Below are positions 37,825 through 45,190 of a DNA stretch of 45,317 nt, one piece after another (within the stretch, counting starts at the first letter, position 1; each line of letters opens with the position of its first letter). Made by a program: the position numbers and the translations under genes. The notes under the pieces were generated by a model. That model searched no databases. It saw only the letters and a list, made by a program, of their open reading frames with translations, and was not told the DNA's origin. The DNA is from a virus (taxonomy: Duplodnaviria > Caudoviricetes), in the IMG/VR virus record IMGVR_UViG_3300010362_000034, positions 1 through 45,317 of that record. One strand, 5' to 3'.

Positions 37825-38060
37825 TTGATGTGTTGCATCCAATCCTCGGGGCCGCTGGCTTTAATCAGCCATTCTTTCAAAACGTTAATGGCGTCCGGGC
37901 GTTGTAAGTTGGAGACGTAAACGAGGCGCTGTTGAGTTTCCGGGACGGTGCCCGTAGGCGGTGCGGCCAGTAAAATGAAACCCCAGTTATCCGGGAGCTT
38001 GGCGTGAATCGCTTGGGCCGCTTCGTTCAGAAATGCGCGGTCCATCGGGTGCTTTTTCAT
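37821..38060 (-). CDS. hypothetical protein
   Basis: LPDNWGFILL...YVSNLQRPDAINVLKEW. Confidence 0.7.
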   Translation of the reverse strand: MKKHPMDRAFLNEAAQAIHAKLPDNWGFILLAAPPTGTVPETQQRLVYVSNLQRPDAINVLKEWLIKASGPEDWMQHIK

Positions 38061-38223
38061 CTCCGGTAATTTTAGGTAATTCGGAGCATATCCATTTTGC
38101 GCGCTGTTGCCAATAGGGAAATTTTCTGCGCAAAATCGGCGCGCATTCCGCCAGCTTACCGTCCCGGATCACAAACCCGGCGCACAGATATTTTGTCGTT
38201 ACCTCGTAGATACCGTCACGCAT
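37987..38223 (-). CDS. hypothetical protein, first gene of the leftward operon after attP
   Basis: GIYEV...LCAGFVIRDG...CAPILR pattern. Confidence 0.6.
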   Translation of the reverse strand: MRDGIYEVTTKYLCAGFVIRDGKLAECAPILRRKFPYWQQRAKWICSELPKITGDEKAPDGPRISERSGPSDSRQAPG

Positions 38224-38244
38224 TTTTTGGAAAACCTGTAAGAT

Positions 38245-38460
38245 AACATGGGAGGATCGCCATTTTCCCCAGGTAGCAGGCGTGTTCCGTAGTCAGATGC
38301 TCTATCCAGTTGAGCTACGGGCGCTTTTACGAGGGAAGTCTGATTTTAACCTCTGATTTACCTATGAAAACTAGCTGGGAGGTCCCAGCTTTTGGCTGTT
38401 CCAGGTAAATCAAAATAAATTGATTTGGTGGGTTGAAACATGGGAGTAAACATGGGAGTA
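38245..38460. mobile_element. attP with putative integrase arm-type repeats
   Basis: AACATGGGAG at 38245, 38437 and 38449 flanking the tRNA fragment; integrase starts about 310 bp from the fragment. Confidence 0.75.
38286..38324 (-). pseudogene. 5' half of tRNA-Arg(ACG), the attP identity block
   Basis: GCGCCCGTAGCTCAACTGGATAGAGCATCTGACTACGGA gives the acceptor 5' strand, D-arm, anticodon 5' strand and loop; similarity stops exactly after the loop. Confidence 0.9.
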
Positions 38461-38467
38461 TGCTTTA

Positions 38468-38641
38468 ATGAGTAAAACAAACAAACCAACCAAACGCTCA
38501 ACCCGTCGAGCAGAATTGGCGGCCCTCACTACCGAGGATTTCAAAGAACATATCCGCGCCCTAAATGGGCCGCGGCCGAAAATAAAGCGCCTGGGTGTGC
38601 GCAGTCCAAATTGGCCGATGGCGAAAGGCGGTGCCAAATGA
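38468..38641 (+). CDS. 57-aa basic protein coupled to integrase
   Basis: Hand-translated MSKTNKPTKRSTRRAELAAL...; ATGA overlap with int. Confidence 0.55.
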   Translation: MSKTNKPTKRSTRRAELAALTTEDFKEHIRALNGPRPKIKRLGVRSPNWPMAKGGAK

Positions 38642-39831
38642 CTGTGACCGTAATGGCCGCAGGCCGGAAACGCAAACTCTTTAGACCCTATCCCGGCGCA
38701 AATTGGCACGTGCGTTTCGTGCACCAGGGCAAAGATATTCTCCGCTCGTTAGGCACGAGAGACGAAAACTCCGCGAAGATCAAAGCCGTGGACGTAGTCG
38801 AAGCAGAGATTAACGGCGACGAACAGACCGCGCGCGCACTCAAAATGCGCGCGGACTACGCTAACCTGCGCGAGCTGGGCGACCGTTACATTGAAAAATT
38901 CGGCACCGATGTGCGCCGCAAACGCACCGCCCGCGGCAACGTGGGATGCCTGGAAAAAATCGTGCGCCTGGGCGCCAAACTCTCTCTGGAAAATGCCAGC
39001 GCCAAAGTGCTCACCGATAAACTCGTGCGCACGTTTGAGACAGCGGAAGTTGCGCGCATCGTGCGCGACCGCCAGGGCAATTTCGATATGGCCAGCGAAT
39101 TGCGCGTGCGCACTTCCATCGGATCCACTCTGCGCCAGGCGCGCTCGGTGTTTAGTAGAAAAATCCTCCATTGGTTTGATGGCATGAATTTGCCGGACCT
39201 CTCTGCGTTTAAAAACCAGGGTGTGCAAACCGTGGAGCGGCCCAAGCCCCGCCGCCTGGACCAGCTCGCCATCGCTTCCATGTTTGAAGCGGCACCGAAA
39301 CTGGCGAAGGACGATCCGGGGACTTACATCGCGTTTATGATGATGGCGCTTTTGGGGATGCGTAACAGTGAAATCCGTTACGCCCGCCGTGCCTGGATTG
39401 AACAGGACGACCGGGGCCGCTGGAGCCTGGGGGTGCGCATCCGGCCGGAGCATAATTTCCGCCCGAAGAAGAAAACGGAGCGCGACATTCCGGTAGGCGA
39501 GGACATGCTGGCGCTGTTCAAAAAGTATTATAAGCAATCGCCCGATGGCGATTTCCTGGTGCCCGCGGGGACTAAGACGGAACGCGAAATCATCGTGATG
39601 GACCGGCTTCGCATTTGGGTGGGCCAATATATTAAGGGTTACTCGAAAAAGAGCTACGAGCTGCGGCGCTACGCGGGCTCTCTGATGCTAAAGAAAACCG
39701 GCCGCCTGGATATGGTGAAAGAGTTTCTAGGCCACGCCAGCATTAAAACCACCGAAGAGTGGTATGCTTATACGCTGGGAGATTTGCCCGCGCTTTCACT
39801 GGAGGATTTCCAAAACGGCCACGGAAATTAA
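38638..39831 (+). CDS. int: tyrosine integrase
   Basis: N-terminal arm-binding WHVRF...RSLGT; catalytic GMRNSE, K, YELRR (HxxR variant), LGHAS, WY. Confidence 0.92.
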   Translation: MTVTVMAAGRKRKLFRPYPGANWHVRFVHQGKDILRSLGTRDENSAKIKAVDVVEAEINGDEQTARALKMRADYANLRELGDRYIEKFGTDVRRKRTARGNVGCLEKIVRLGAKLSLENASAKVLTDKLVRTFETAEVARIVRDRQGNFDMASELRVRTSIGSTLRQARSVFSRKILHWFDGMNLPDLSAFKNQGVQTVERPKPRRLDQLAIASMFEAAPKLAKDDPGTYIAFMMMALLGMRNSEIRYARRAWIEQDDRGRWSLGVRIRPEHNFRPKKKTERDIPVGEDMLALFKKYYKQSPDGDFLVPAGTKTEREIIVMDRLRIWVGQYIKGYSKKSYELRRYAGSLMLKKTGRLDMVKEFLGHASIKTTEEWYAYTLGDLPALSLEDFQNGHGN

Positions 39832-39843
39832 AAGCGCCCTTGC

Positions 39844-39880
39844 ACTGCCTCGCGCGCTAGTTCACGCGCGTGGCAGTTTT
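39844..39880 (+). terminator. intrinsic terminator after int
   Basis: actgcc-t-cgcgcg / cgcgcg-t-ggcagt stem followed by a T run. Confidence 0.6.
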
Positions 39881-40200
39881 GGGTGTTTGGCTTTTCTACC
39901 AGGGCGCGGGGTTTCGCCGCTCCCATCGTGCTGGACTCGCTCCATTTGTTTGATAACCCTGGCAATCTCGCGCGCGGTTAAAGGGAAGTTTAACATTTGA
40001 TCGATGAGATAATCGCGCAGGTTGGGATCCGCGTTTGCAATCTCGCGCACCCACACTTTTCGCCGGGCATCCTGCACAGCCCGGATGCCCAGCCCAATCC
40101 AGAAACGGGAAAGATTTTTGTATCCGCCAGCGACTCGCAGTTTCTCCAGTTCTTTATGTAACCGGACCGGGACACGAAAACTCTCGGGGTGCGTGCGCAT
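39862..40200 (-). CDS. ribbon-helix-helix-like regulator
   Basis: ESFRVPVRLHKELEKLR..GGYKNLSRF; ATG at 40200. Confidence 0.6.
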   Translation of the reverse strand: MRTHPESFRVPVRLHKELEKLRVAGGYKNLSRFWIGLGIRAVQDARRKVWVREIANADPNLRDYLIDQMLNFPLTAREIARVIKQMERVQHDGSGETPRPGRKAKHPKLPRA

Positions 40201-40239
40201 AAAAATTTCTAATCCTTCGCGCAGGATAAAGGAATAAGA

Positions 40240-40333
40240 CTTTGGTGCATTACCCCCCCTTGCACCAAAGGGCAATAGGCAAAGTTGTCCGACAACTTTA
40301 CTCTTGACCACGCCGGTAGGACTTACCTAGATT
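40240..40333. promoter_or_regulatory. two palindromes and a rightward sigma70-like promoter
   Basis: ctttggtgca-N11-tgcaccaaag (40240-40270); aaagttgtc-c-gacaacttt (40281-40299); TTGACC(40304)-18-TAGATT(40328). Confidence 0.55.
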
Positions 40334-40366
40334 CCGGTAATTTTGCAACCGATCTGGCAACAAACC

Positions 40367-40681
40367 TTAACTATGCGGAAGCGTGCTCCACAGGGGAGAA
40401 GTGGGCGGCAGACACATGTGTTTGCATCGAGACTTGGGCATTTGCGCCGGGCTAAAGGATAAGATCACGCCGATGCTGGCCGCAATGATAATGCCTTTAT
40501 GGATGGAGATACGGACCCGGCGCCGCCGCCGTTGGGGTTTCTCTTCCAGGATGCGATCAAAACACCAATCGAGGAAGCTGGAGAGTGACCGGCTTTCGCC
40601 TTTGGCCCGCTGTTTTAATGCCTTTAACGTGCGGGGCCGAATGGCAATAGAAGTTTTCTTTTTCTTATCGCATTCTCGCAT
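40367..40681 (-). CDS. Arc/CopG-like RHH regulator with hydrophobic C-terminal extension
   Basis: KTSIAIRPRTLKALKQRAKGESRSLSSFL. Confidence 0.7.
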   Translation of the reverse strand: MRECDKKKKTSIAIRPRTLKALKQRAKGESRSLSSFLDWCFDRILEEKPQRRRRRVRISIHKGIIIAASIGVILSFSPAQMPKSRCKHMCLPPTSPLWSTLPHS

Positions 40682-40718
40682 GGGGTAAATTTTACCGACT
40701 GTTACCGCTAGAAGTCAA
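40682..40718 (-). promoter_or_regulatory. promoter for a probably leaderless RHH mRNA
   Basis: TTGACT-18-TAAAAT, then 7 nt to ATG 40681. Confidence 0.6.
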
Positions 40719-40741
40719 ACAAACAAAAAAGGAGACAAACA

Positions 40742-41407
40742 ATGGCCGAAAATGACAACGCAGTAATGGACCCGCCACCTTTAGAAATGGGGCCGCCGCT
40801 CGCAGAGAGGGGAGGCTATCCATGCCCGAAGTGTGGCAAGGCTTTCGAGAAACCGCAACAATTAAGGATGCACGCAATGCGTGTGCACACCCGCGCCGGG
40901 AGGCTGGGCCCCACCAAAGGCGCGCAGATCGCAGCGCGCCGTAAAAGTAGAAACGCCAGACAACGTTTTGGCGCAATAACGAAAGAGGAAGCCCTAGTCA
41001 GGCGCCGGGAAGCATACGCGGCCCTGGCGGCCGAGTATCGCGCGCGCGGGCTCAACGCGCACGGCGACCCATTCAAACCAGGTTACGGTCCGCGACGGCG
41101 TAACGGTGCTAAAACGCTGCGAAAACGCCCCAGCTCGGAGCGCCGGACAAAGATGCGCAACTACGCGAAGAGCTATTACTGGCGCAAGCGCGCCGAACAA
41201 GGCCACCACGTGCCGCCGGATAAACAATACTTGTTAATGGATAACCAGGAGCGTAACGGCACCGCCCAGCCGCGGAGAAAGCTTGGGAATGAGCGCCACG
41301 GCCGGTTGCCGAAGCAAACAACAGCGCAGGCGCGGCACGTGATGTTTTGCCCGGTATGCGGGACGAACATGGAGAACGTGCAAACCGCGGTGAACTTTGG
41401 TGATTAA
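40742..41407 (+). CDS. C2H2 zinc-finger protein, very basic
   Basis: YPCPKCGKAFEKPQQLRMHAMRVH; C-terminal FCPVCG; AAGGAG RBS. Confidence 0.75.
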   Translation: MAENDNAVMDPPPLEMGPPLAERGGYPCPKCGKAFEKPQQLRMHAMRVHTRAGRLGPTKGAQIAARRKSRNARQRFGAITKEEALVRRREAYAALAAEYRARGLNAHGDPFKPGYGPRRRNGAKTLRKRPSSERRTKMRNYAKSYYWRKRAEQGHHVPPDKQYLLMDNQERNGTAQPRRKLGNERHGRLPKQTTAQARHVMFCPVCGTNMENVQTAVNFGD

Positions 41408-41431
41408 CCAAAAAACAAAACGGGAAAGAGC

Positions 41432-41590
41432 ATGACTGCAAAAGGCGAACGTGTCAGAGAGGCACTGGAGGAATTGTTTAGTGATACATCAGTAAGTCAG
41501 CAAACAACGCTGGATGACCTGAACGAAATCCAAAGTGATCTTGAAACCAAGATCGACGCGATAGAGGGGGACATTAAAACTCATGAGTAA
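41432..41590 (+). CDS. 52-aa acidic coiled-coil protein
   Basis: Hand-translated MTAKGERVREALEELFSDTSVSQQTTLDDL... Confidence 0.6.
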   Translation: MTAKGERVREALEELFSDTSVSQQTTLDDLNEIQSDLETKIDAIEGDIKTHE

Positions 41591-41948
41591 ACCAAACGGT
41601 AACAGTAACGGCGCCCACGGCAGGCCCAATCGCACAAACCACCGGCCGAAGCAACGCCTGGTGGATTACCTGCATGTGCGCGCTGATTTTCAGTGCGCGC
41701 TACTGGGCGCGTTTGGGTTTAGCACTTATTACATTAAATCCAAAACGGGACTCAGCCCCGGCCAAATCGGTTACAGATTAAAAAAGGCGCAGATAAGCCG
41801 GATGGCGTTTCGTGACGGGCAAAGCGTGTATGCGGAGCTGGTGCTGCGTAACGTGCGCCAGGTGGCCCAGGATAAATTGGTGAAGCATTTGTATCACGTC
41901 ACCCCGCCGCGGACCGGTGAAAGCGCCGGACTAAAATTAGTGGCCTAG
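41583..41948 (+). CDS. HTH-like protein
   Basis: GFSTYYIKSKTGLSPGQIGYRLKK. Confidence 0.6.
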   Translation: MSKPNGNSNGAHGRPNRTNHRPKQRLVDYLHVRADFQCALLGAFGFSTYYIKSKTGLSPGQIGYRLKKAQISRMAFRDGQSVYAELVLRNVRQVAQDKLVKHLYHVTPPRTGESAGLKLVA

Positions 41949-41984
41949 ACCGCACCCTTTAAAATTCTGTCACTCTCGGAATCT

Positions 41985-42170
41985 ATGAAGGGGCGCAAGG
42001 TTAAAACTTCGGTCGCGTTAAGCACCGGCGCGCGGCGCAAGCTGGCGCGCGTGGCGAAGGAACGGGACCGCTCGCGCTCGTGGTTACTGGAAAGGTTAAT
42101 CGAACTCAAACTCGACGAATTGCCCGAGGGAAACGGGCCTAATCCTCCGAAGGCCAGGGCCAATGTATGA
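41985..42170 (+). CDS. CopG-like RHH protein
   Basis: KTSVALSTGARRKLARVAKERDRSRSWLLERLI. Confidence 0.75.
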   Translation: MKGRKVKTSVALSTGARRKLARVAKERDRSRSWLLERLIELKLDELPEGNGPNPPKARANV

Positions 42171-42588
42171 AAATGCTTTCTCGAAACGGGTAATCCTTTC
42201 GATCCTGCAAGCGCACGACTGGAGCGAGCGGCGCCTGGCGAAAAAGTGCGGAATAAGCGCCAGCGAAATCTCGCGCCATTTATCCGGGCAACGCAAAATC
42301 CAGGTGGAACATTTGATTAAATACCTGGATGCGCTGGACCGGCAGGAAGCGTCGCAGCTACTCGTGGCCTGGCTGCGGGACCGGGTAGGATTGCCGCGGG
42401 TGCATGAGCTGATGGAAGCGGCTGGAGGAAATCCGCACGTGGATATGACGGGCTGGCACGTGGACCGTCAACACGAGGAAATGCTTCAATGGTGGGCCCG
42501 CGAGACGATGCGCGATCCCGAGCTGGAAGGTTTGTTTGAAGAGATAAGCGCGCGCTTTGGCTACCACCCAAAACGAAAGCGCCGTTGA
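42163..42588 (+). CDS. XRE-family HTH regulator
   Basis: WSERRLAKKCGISASEISRHLSGQRKI. Confidence 0.8.
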   Translation: MYENAFSKRVILSILQAHDWSERRLAKKCGISASEISRHLSGQRKIQVEHLIKYLDALDRQEASQLLVAWLRDRVGLPRVHELMEAAGGNPHVDMTGWHVDRQHEEMLQWWARETMRDPELEGLFEEISARFGYHPKRKRR

Positions 42589-42606
42589 GCCTAACGAGAC
42601 CCAACG

Positions 42607-42646
42607 GCGCTATGTAATCCGTCGCGCTATGTAATCCGTCGCGCTA
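42607..42646 (+). repeat. 17-bp tandem direct repeat
   Basis: gcgctatgtaatccgtc x2 plus gcgcta. Confidence 0.9.
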
Positions 42647-42784
42647 CCGGCGCCTTCGTTTCCCGCGCCACCGGCGTTTGCGCACGCGCGCGAGCTGCGC
42701 GGTGCGCCGCGCGATTTCGGCGCGTGATAGGGTTTTAGGTTTGCCCCGCGCCAGACGGCCGAGCGCTTGCGCGGCCCGGTTCAT
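42644..42784 (-). CDS. 46-aa basic phage peptide
   Basis: Hand-translated MNRAAQALGRLARGKPKTLSRAEIARR...RW. Confidence 0.7.
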   Translation of the reverse strand: MNRAAQALGRLARGKPKTLSRAEIARRTAQLARVRKRRWRGKRRRR

Positions 42785-42963
42785 CGCCACCACCGTCTAA
42801 AAGCGAACGTGACGACCAGGGCGACGGCGAAGGCCAGCGCGCAGCCCAGCCAGAGGACCAGGCCCGCGCCAATGAGCTGGCCCACAAAAGCGCTTTCGTT
42901 AAGCGCCCAGCCAGCCAGAAACCCTAGACCAATCCCGCAAGCGTAACCGAGTGCGGCCCTCAC
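42781..42963 (-). CDS. small membrane protein
   Basis: GTG start overlapping the upstream stop; two hydrophobic helices and RRWWR end. Confidence 0.55.
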   Translation of the reverse strand: MRAALGYACGIGLGFLAGWALNESAFVGQLIGAGLVLWLGCALAFAVALVVTFAFRRWWR

Positions 42964-43334
42964 GCGCCCGCCTCCAGCTCTGCGGCCGGATACGGCCCGA
43001 CCTCCAGACGCGCGCCCAGGTCCAGCCAATAAACGCCATCGCGTAAATCCGGGTCCGCGTGGCGCACGTCGCGCGCTTGCGCGTCGCGCTCGTTAGGCGT
43101 GGCGAACGGTCCGTGTAGCTGCGGCTCTACATCGCCCCAAATATGCAAGAGATAATGCTGCGGTTGCGCTGGGGTCAGTGCGCGCTCCATCGCGCCCGGG
43201 TCTGGCAATTCGGCGTCCTCATCGTTTAGATACACGTGCCAATCCTCCAGGAAAGAGCGCACGGCATCCCGTAGCGCGTTATCCGCGGCGCATTGCTGCC
43301 CGCGGCCGTTGCTGTGTTTGTTTGTTTTACTCAT
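42960..43334 (-). CDS. early hypothetical protein
   Basis: Starts within leader repeat A; DVEPQLHGPFAT...DGVYWL. Confidence 0.7.
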   Translation of the reverse strand: MSKTNKHSNGRGQQCAADNALRDAVRSFLEDWHVYLNDEDAELPDPGAMERALTPAQPQHYLLHIWGDVEPQLHGPFATPNERDAQARDVRHADPDLRDGVYWLDLGARLEVGPYPAAELEAGA

Positions 43335-43399
43335 TGTGTGTTTTGGATTGCTCCAGGGTGCGCACGAAAGCGCTTTCGCGTCTCGTGCGCATGGCCGGA
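43278..43399 (-). repeat. early-gene leader repeat, copy A
   Basis: 34 bp identical to 44278-44311 plus a shared upstream hairpin. Confidence 0.9.
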
Positions 43400-43408
43400 A
43401 CCATCGGG

Positions 43409-43933
43409 CTAATTATCGTATTTGCCAAACGGGTAAAGCGCGTGTTCTGCCTCGCGCGCGCGTTCTTCGGCCTCTTGCGCGGCTTTACGCAGCTCGCGCA
43501 CTTCGTCTGCGCTGTAATCAGCGCGCAGCTCCAGCGGCTTTTGTTCCAGCGTGGCGAGCACATCGCGCGCCACGTCGCAATGTTCGCCATTGGTCGCGCC
43601 CAGGCGTCCCAGCTCGCCTACGTGAATGGTTGCTTCCGCGCTGGCGCCCCCGTATTTCTCGCCCTGGTAAGGCTCCCACGCTTTCAACGTGTAGCTGAGC
43701 CAATAGGAGGTGCTGCCGGTGATAAGCTGGAACGGACCGGAAGCGTTCACACGCTTGCGGAACTCTTCCAGGACCGGCCGCAGCTTCGCCACGAAACCGG
43801 AGTTAGTCAGAATTTTCTTGCCGACATAGGGGCGGAAAATCGCCAACAGCTCCGGTTGCAGCTCCATCGCGCGCGCGTTCACTTTGTTGTAAGCGCGCAC
43901 CTTCGCGTTGAGTCGTTCGCCGTAATTATTCAT
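43409..43933 (-). CDS. early hypothetical protein
   Basis: ATG 43933 overlaps the end of the upstream gene; PYVGKKI...G.F pattern. Confidence 0.7.
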   Translation of the reverse strand: MNNYGERLNAKVRAYNKVNARAMELQPELLAIFRPYVGKKILTNSGFVAKLRPVLEEFRKRVNASGPFQLITGSTSYWLSYTLKAWEPYQGEKYGGASAEATIHVGELGRLGATNGEHCDVARDVLATLEQKPLELRADYSADEVRELRKAAQEAEERAREAEHALYPFGKYDN

Positions 43934-44333
43934 TGGCTGGCGAACCCTCAAACAGCGCGCGCACTTCGCCGTAGCGCGGGTTGTCTTCGTGAATGGTTTC
44001 GTGCTGGTATTTCATGTCCCCGCACATGATCGAGATAAACCCGGAGGCGGTTAGTTCTGCAATGTATGTGCGGCCGTTGCTGCCTTCCACGATCCGCACG
44101 CGGGGCGAGTAGGTCAGCTTTTTAGGCGCGTAACTGCGGCCCTCTGCGTCAGTGATGACGCGGACGGCGCGCTGTCCGCGCTTCGGGTGCGTTTCGATCT
44201 TAAAGACCGCCTGGCACCGTTGTTTGCGGCCGAATGGCCAGCCGTCAATTCTGCGCTCCATTGCTGGCGCGCTGTAGGTTATCCGCGGCGCATTGCTGCC
44301 CGCGGCCGTTGGTTTGTTTGTTTGTTCACTCAT
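43926..44333 (-). CDS. early hypothetical protein
   Basis: Starts within leader repeat B; IDGWPFG...PKKLTYS...GRTYI. Confidence 0.7.
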   Translation of the reverse strand: MSEQTNKPTAAGSNAPRITYSAPAMERRIDGWPFGRKQRCQAVFKIETHPKRGQRAVRVITDAEGRSYAPKKLTYSPRVRIVEGSNGRTYIAELTASGFISIMCGDMKYQHETIHEDNPRYGEVRALFEGSPANE

Positions 44334-44406
44334 TGTTTGTTTGTTTGTCGGAGCGTTTTAATTGCTCCAGGATGCGCACGAAAACGCTTTCGTGCGCATG
44401 GCCGGA
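44278..44406 (-). repeat. early-gene leader repeat, copy B
   Basis: See copy A; contains atgcgcacgaaa-N4-tttcgtgcgcat. Confidence 0.9.
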
Positions 44407-44411
44407 GGAAT

Positions 44412-44837
44412 CTAAAGGCCGGAATCCGCATCGGTGCCGCACGTGAACCCGTCGAAAGTGCCGGTGCACTCGAAACCGCGGCGCGCGCTTTGTAGCTCCC
44501 GGTGAACCTTTTCCCGGATTTTGGCCCGGCACCGTTCGCGCCACTGGCGCGCCCAATCGTTAGGCGGATTGGTTAGGCGATCCAGGATGCGCGCGGGGCA
44601 TTCGCTTTCGCACGGGCCCATGCTTTCATCCATCGGCTTGTAACCGAATTGGCCGTTGCGCCGATGCGTCAAAACAACCAGCGCGGTAATTTCGTTTGGC
44701 GTTTCTTTGAACGAAACGGCCGCATAAATCACATCGCGGATTTGCTGCGCGTCATACCATTTCAGCGAGCGGTATTCGTCGCGCATAATGTCGATTGACC
44801 GCTTGCCCTTTTCGGCTTGGAAGTAGGTCCAGCCCAT
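44412..44837 (-). CDS. DUF6927-like protein
   Basis: MGW...FGYKPMDESMGP...CPARILDRLT...WARQWRERC. Confidence 0.7.
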   Translation of the reverse strand: MGWTYFQAEKGKRSIDIMRDEYRSLKWYDAQQIRDVIYAAVSFKETPNEITALVVLTHRRNGQFGYKPMDESMGPCESECPARILDRLTNPPNDWARQWRERCRAKIREKVHRELQSARRGFECTGTFDGFTCGTDADSGL

Positions 44838-45148
44838 TATTTCAGCCCTCCAATTTTAGAATTGATCGACCGCGGAAAGCGCGTGACGTGGCGCCGGGTG
44901 ACAATGGCAAAGATTGCAAGCCCGCAATCCATGCATTCACCGCCATGCCCGGAACGCTCCATATAATCCACTTGGAAGCGCGCGCCCAGGAAGCCCAGGC
45001 CGATAGGCAACCGGTCTTTCATGGACCGGTCATAGCTAATCAGTCCCTGGCAACTGGGGCAATGCTCGCGGCCGTCTGCGTATTCAATGGAAACCCGCGC
45101 CACTCGTTTAGAGCGCGCGGCCGTTGCTGTTTGTTTGCTGTTTTTCAT
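44837..45148 (-). CDS. first early gene, Cys-containing protein
   Basis: ATG 45148 downstream of the promoter; CPSC...CMDC. Confidence 0.6.
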   Translation of the reverse strand: MKNSKQTATAARSKRVARVSIEYADGREHCPSCQGLISYDRSMKDRLPIGLGFLGARFQVDYMERSGHGGECMDCGLAIFAIVTRRHVTRFPRSINSKIGGLK

Positions 45149-45162
45149 AGGTAAATCAGCGT

Positions 45163-45190
45163 AACATACACGAAAGCGCTTTCGTGTCAA
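45163..45190 (-). promoter_or_regulatory. early promoter with palindromic operator between -35 and -10
   Basis: TTGACA-16-TATGTT; perfect 20-bp palindrome acacgaaagcgctttcgtgt (45168-45187). Confidence 0.7.

Noticed and set aside
38250-38324. Complete tRNA-Arg gene
   Set aside because: No 3' anticodon strand, T-arm or acceptor 3' strand follows the loop
38400-38430. IHF site in attP
   Set aside because: Only imperfect matches to WATCAANNNNTTR
38749-39627. Long antisense ORF in int (similarly 16078..16860 and 43178..44029)
   Set aside because: Shadow ORFs expected opposite real genes in GC-rich DNA
43278-45190. CRISPR array or integron attC sites
   Set aside because: Repeats are about 1 kb apart and separated by genes; no cas genes; no RYYYAAC/GTTRRRY core boxes seen
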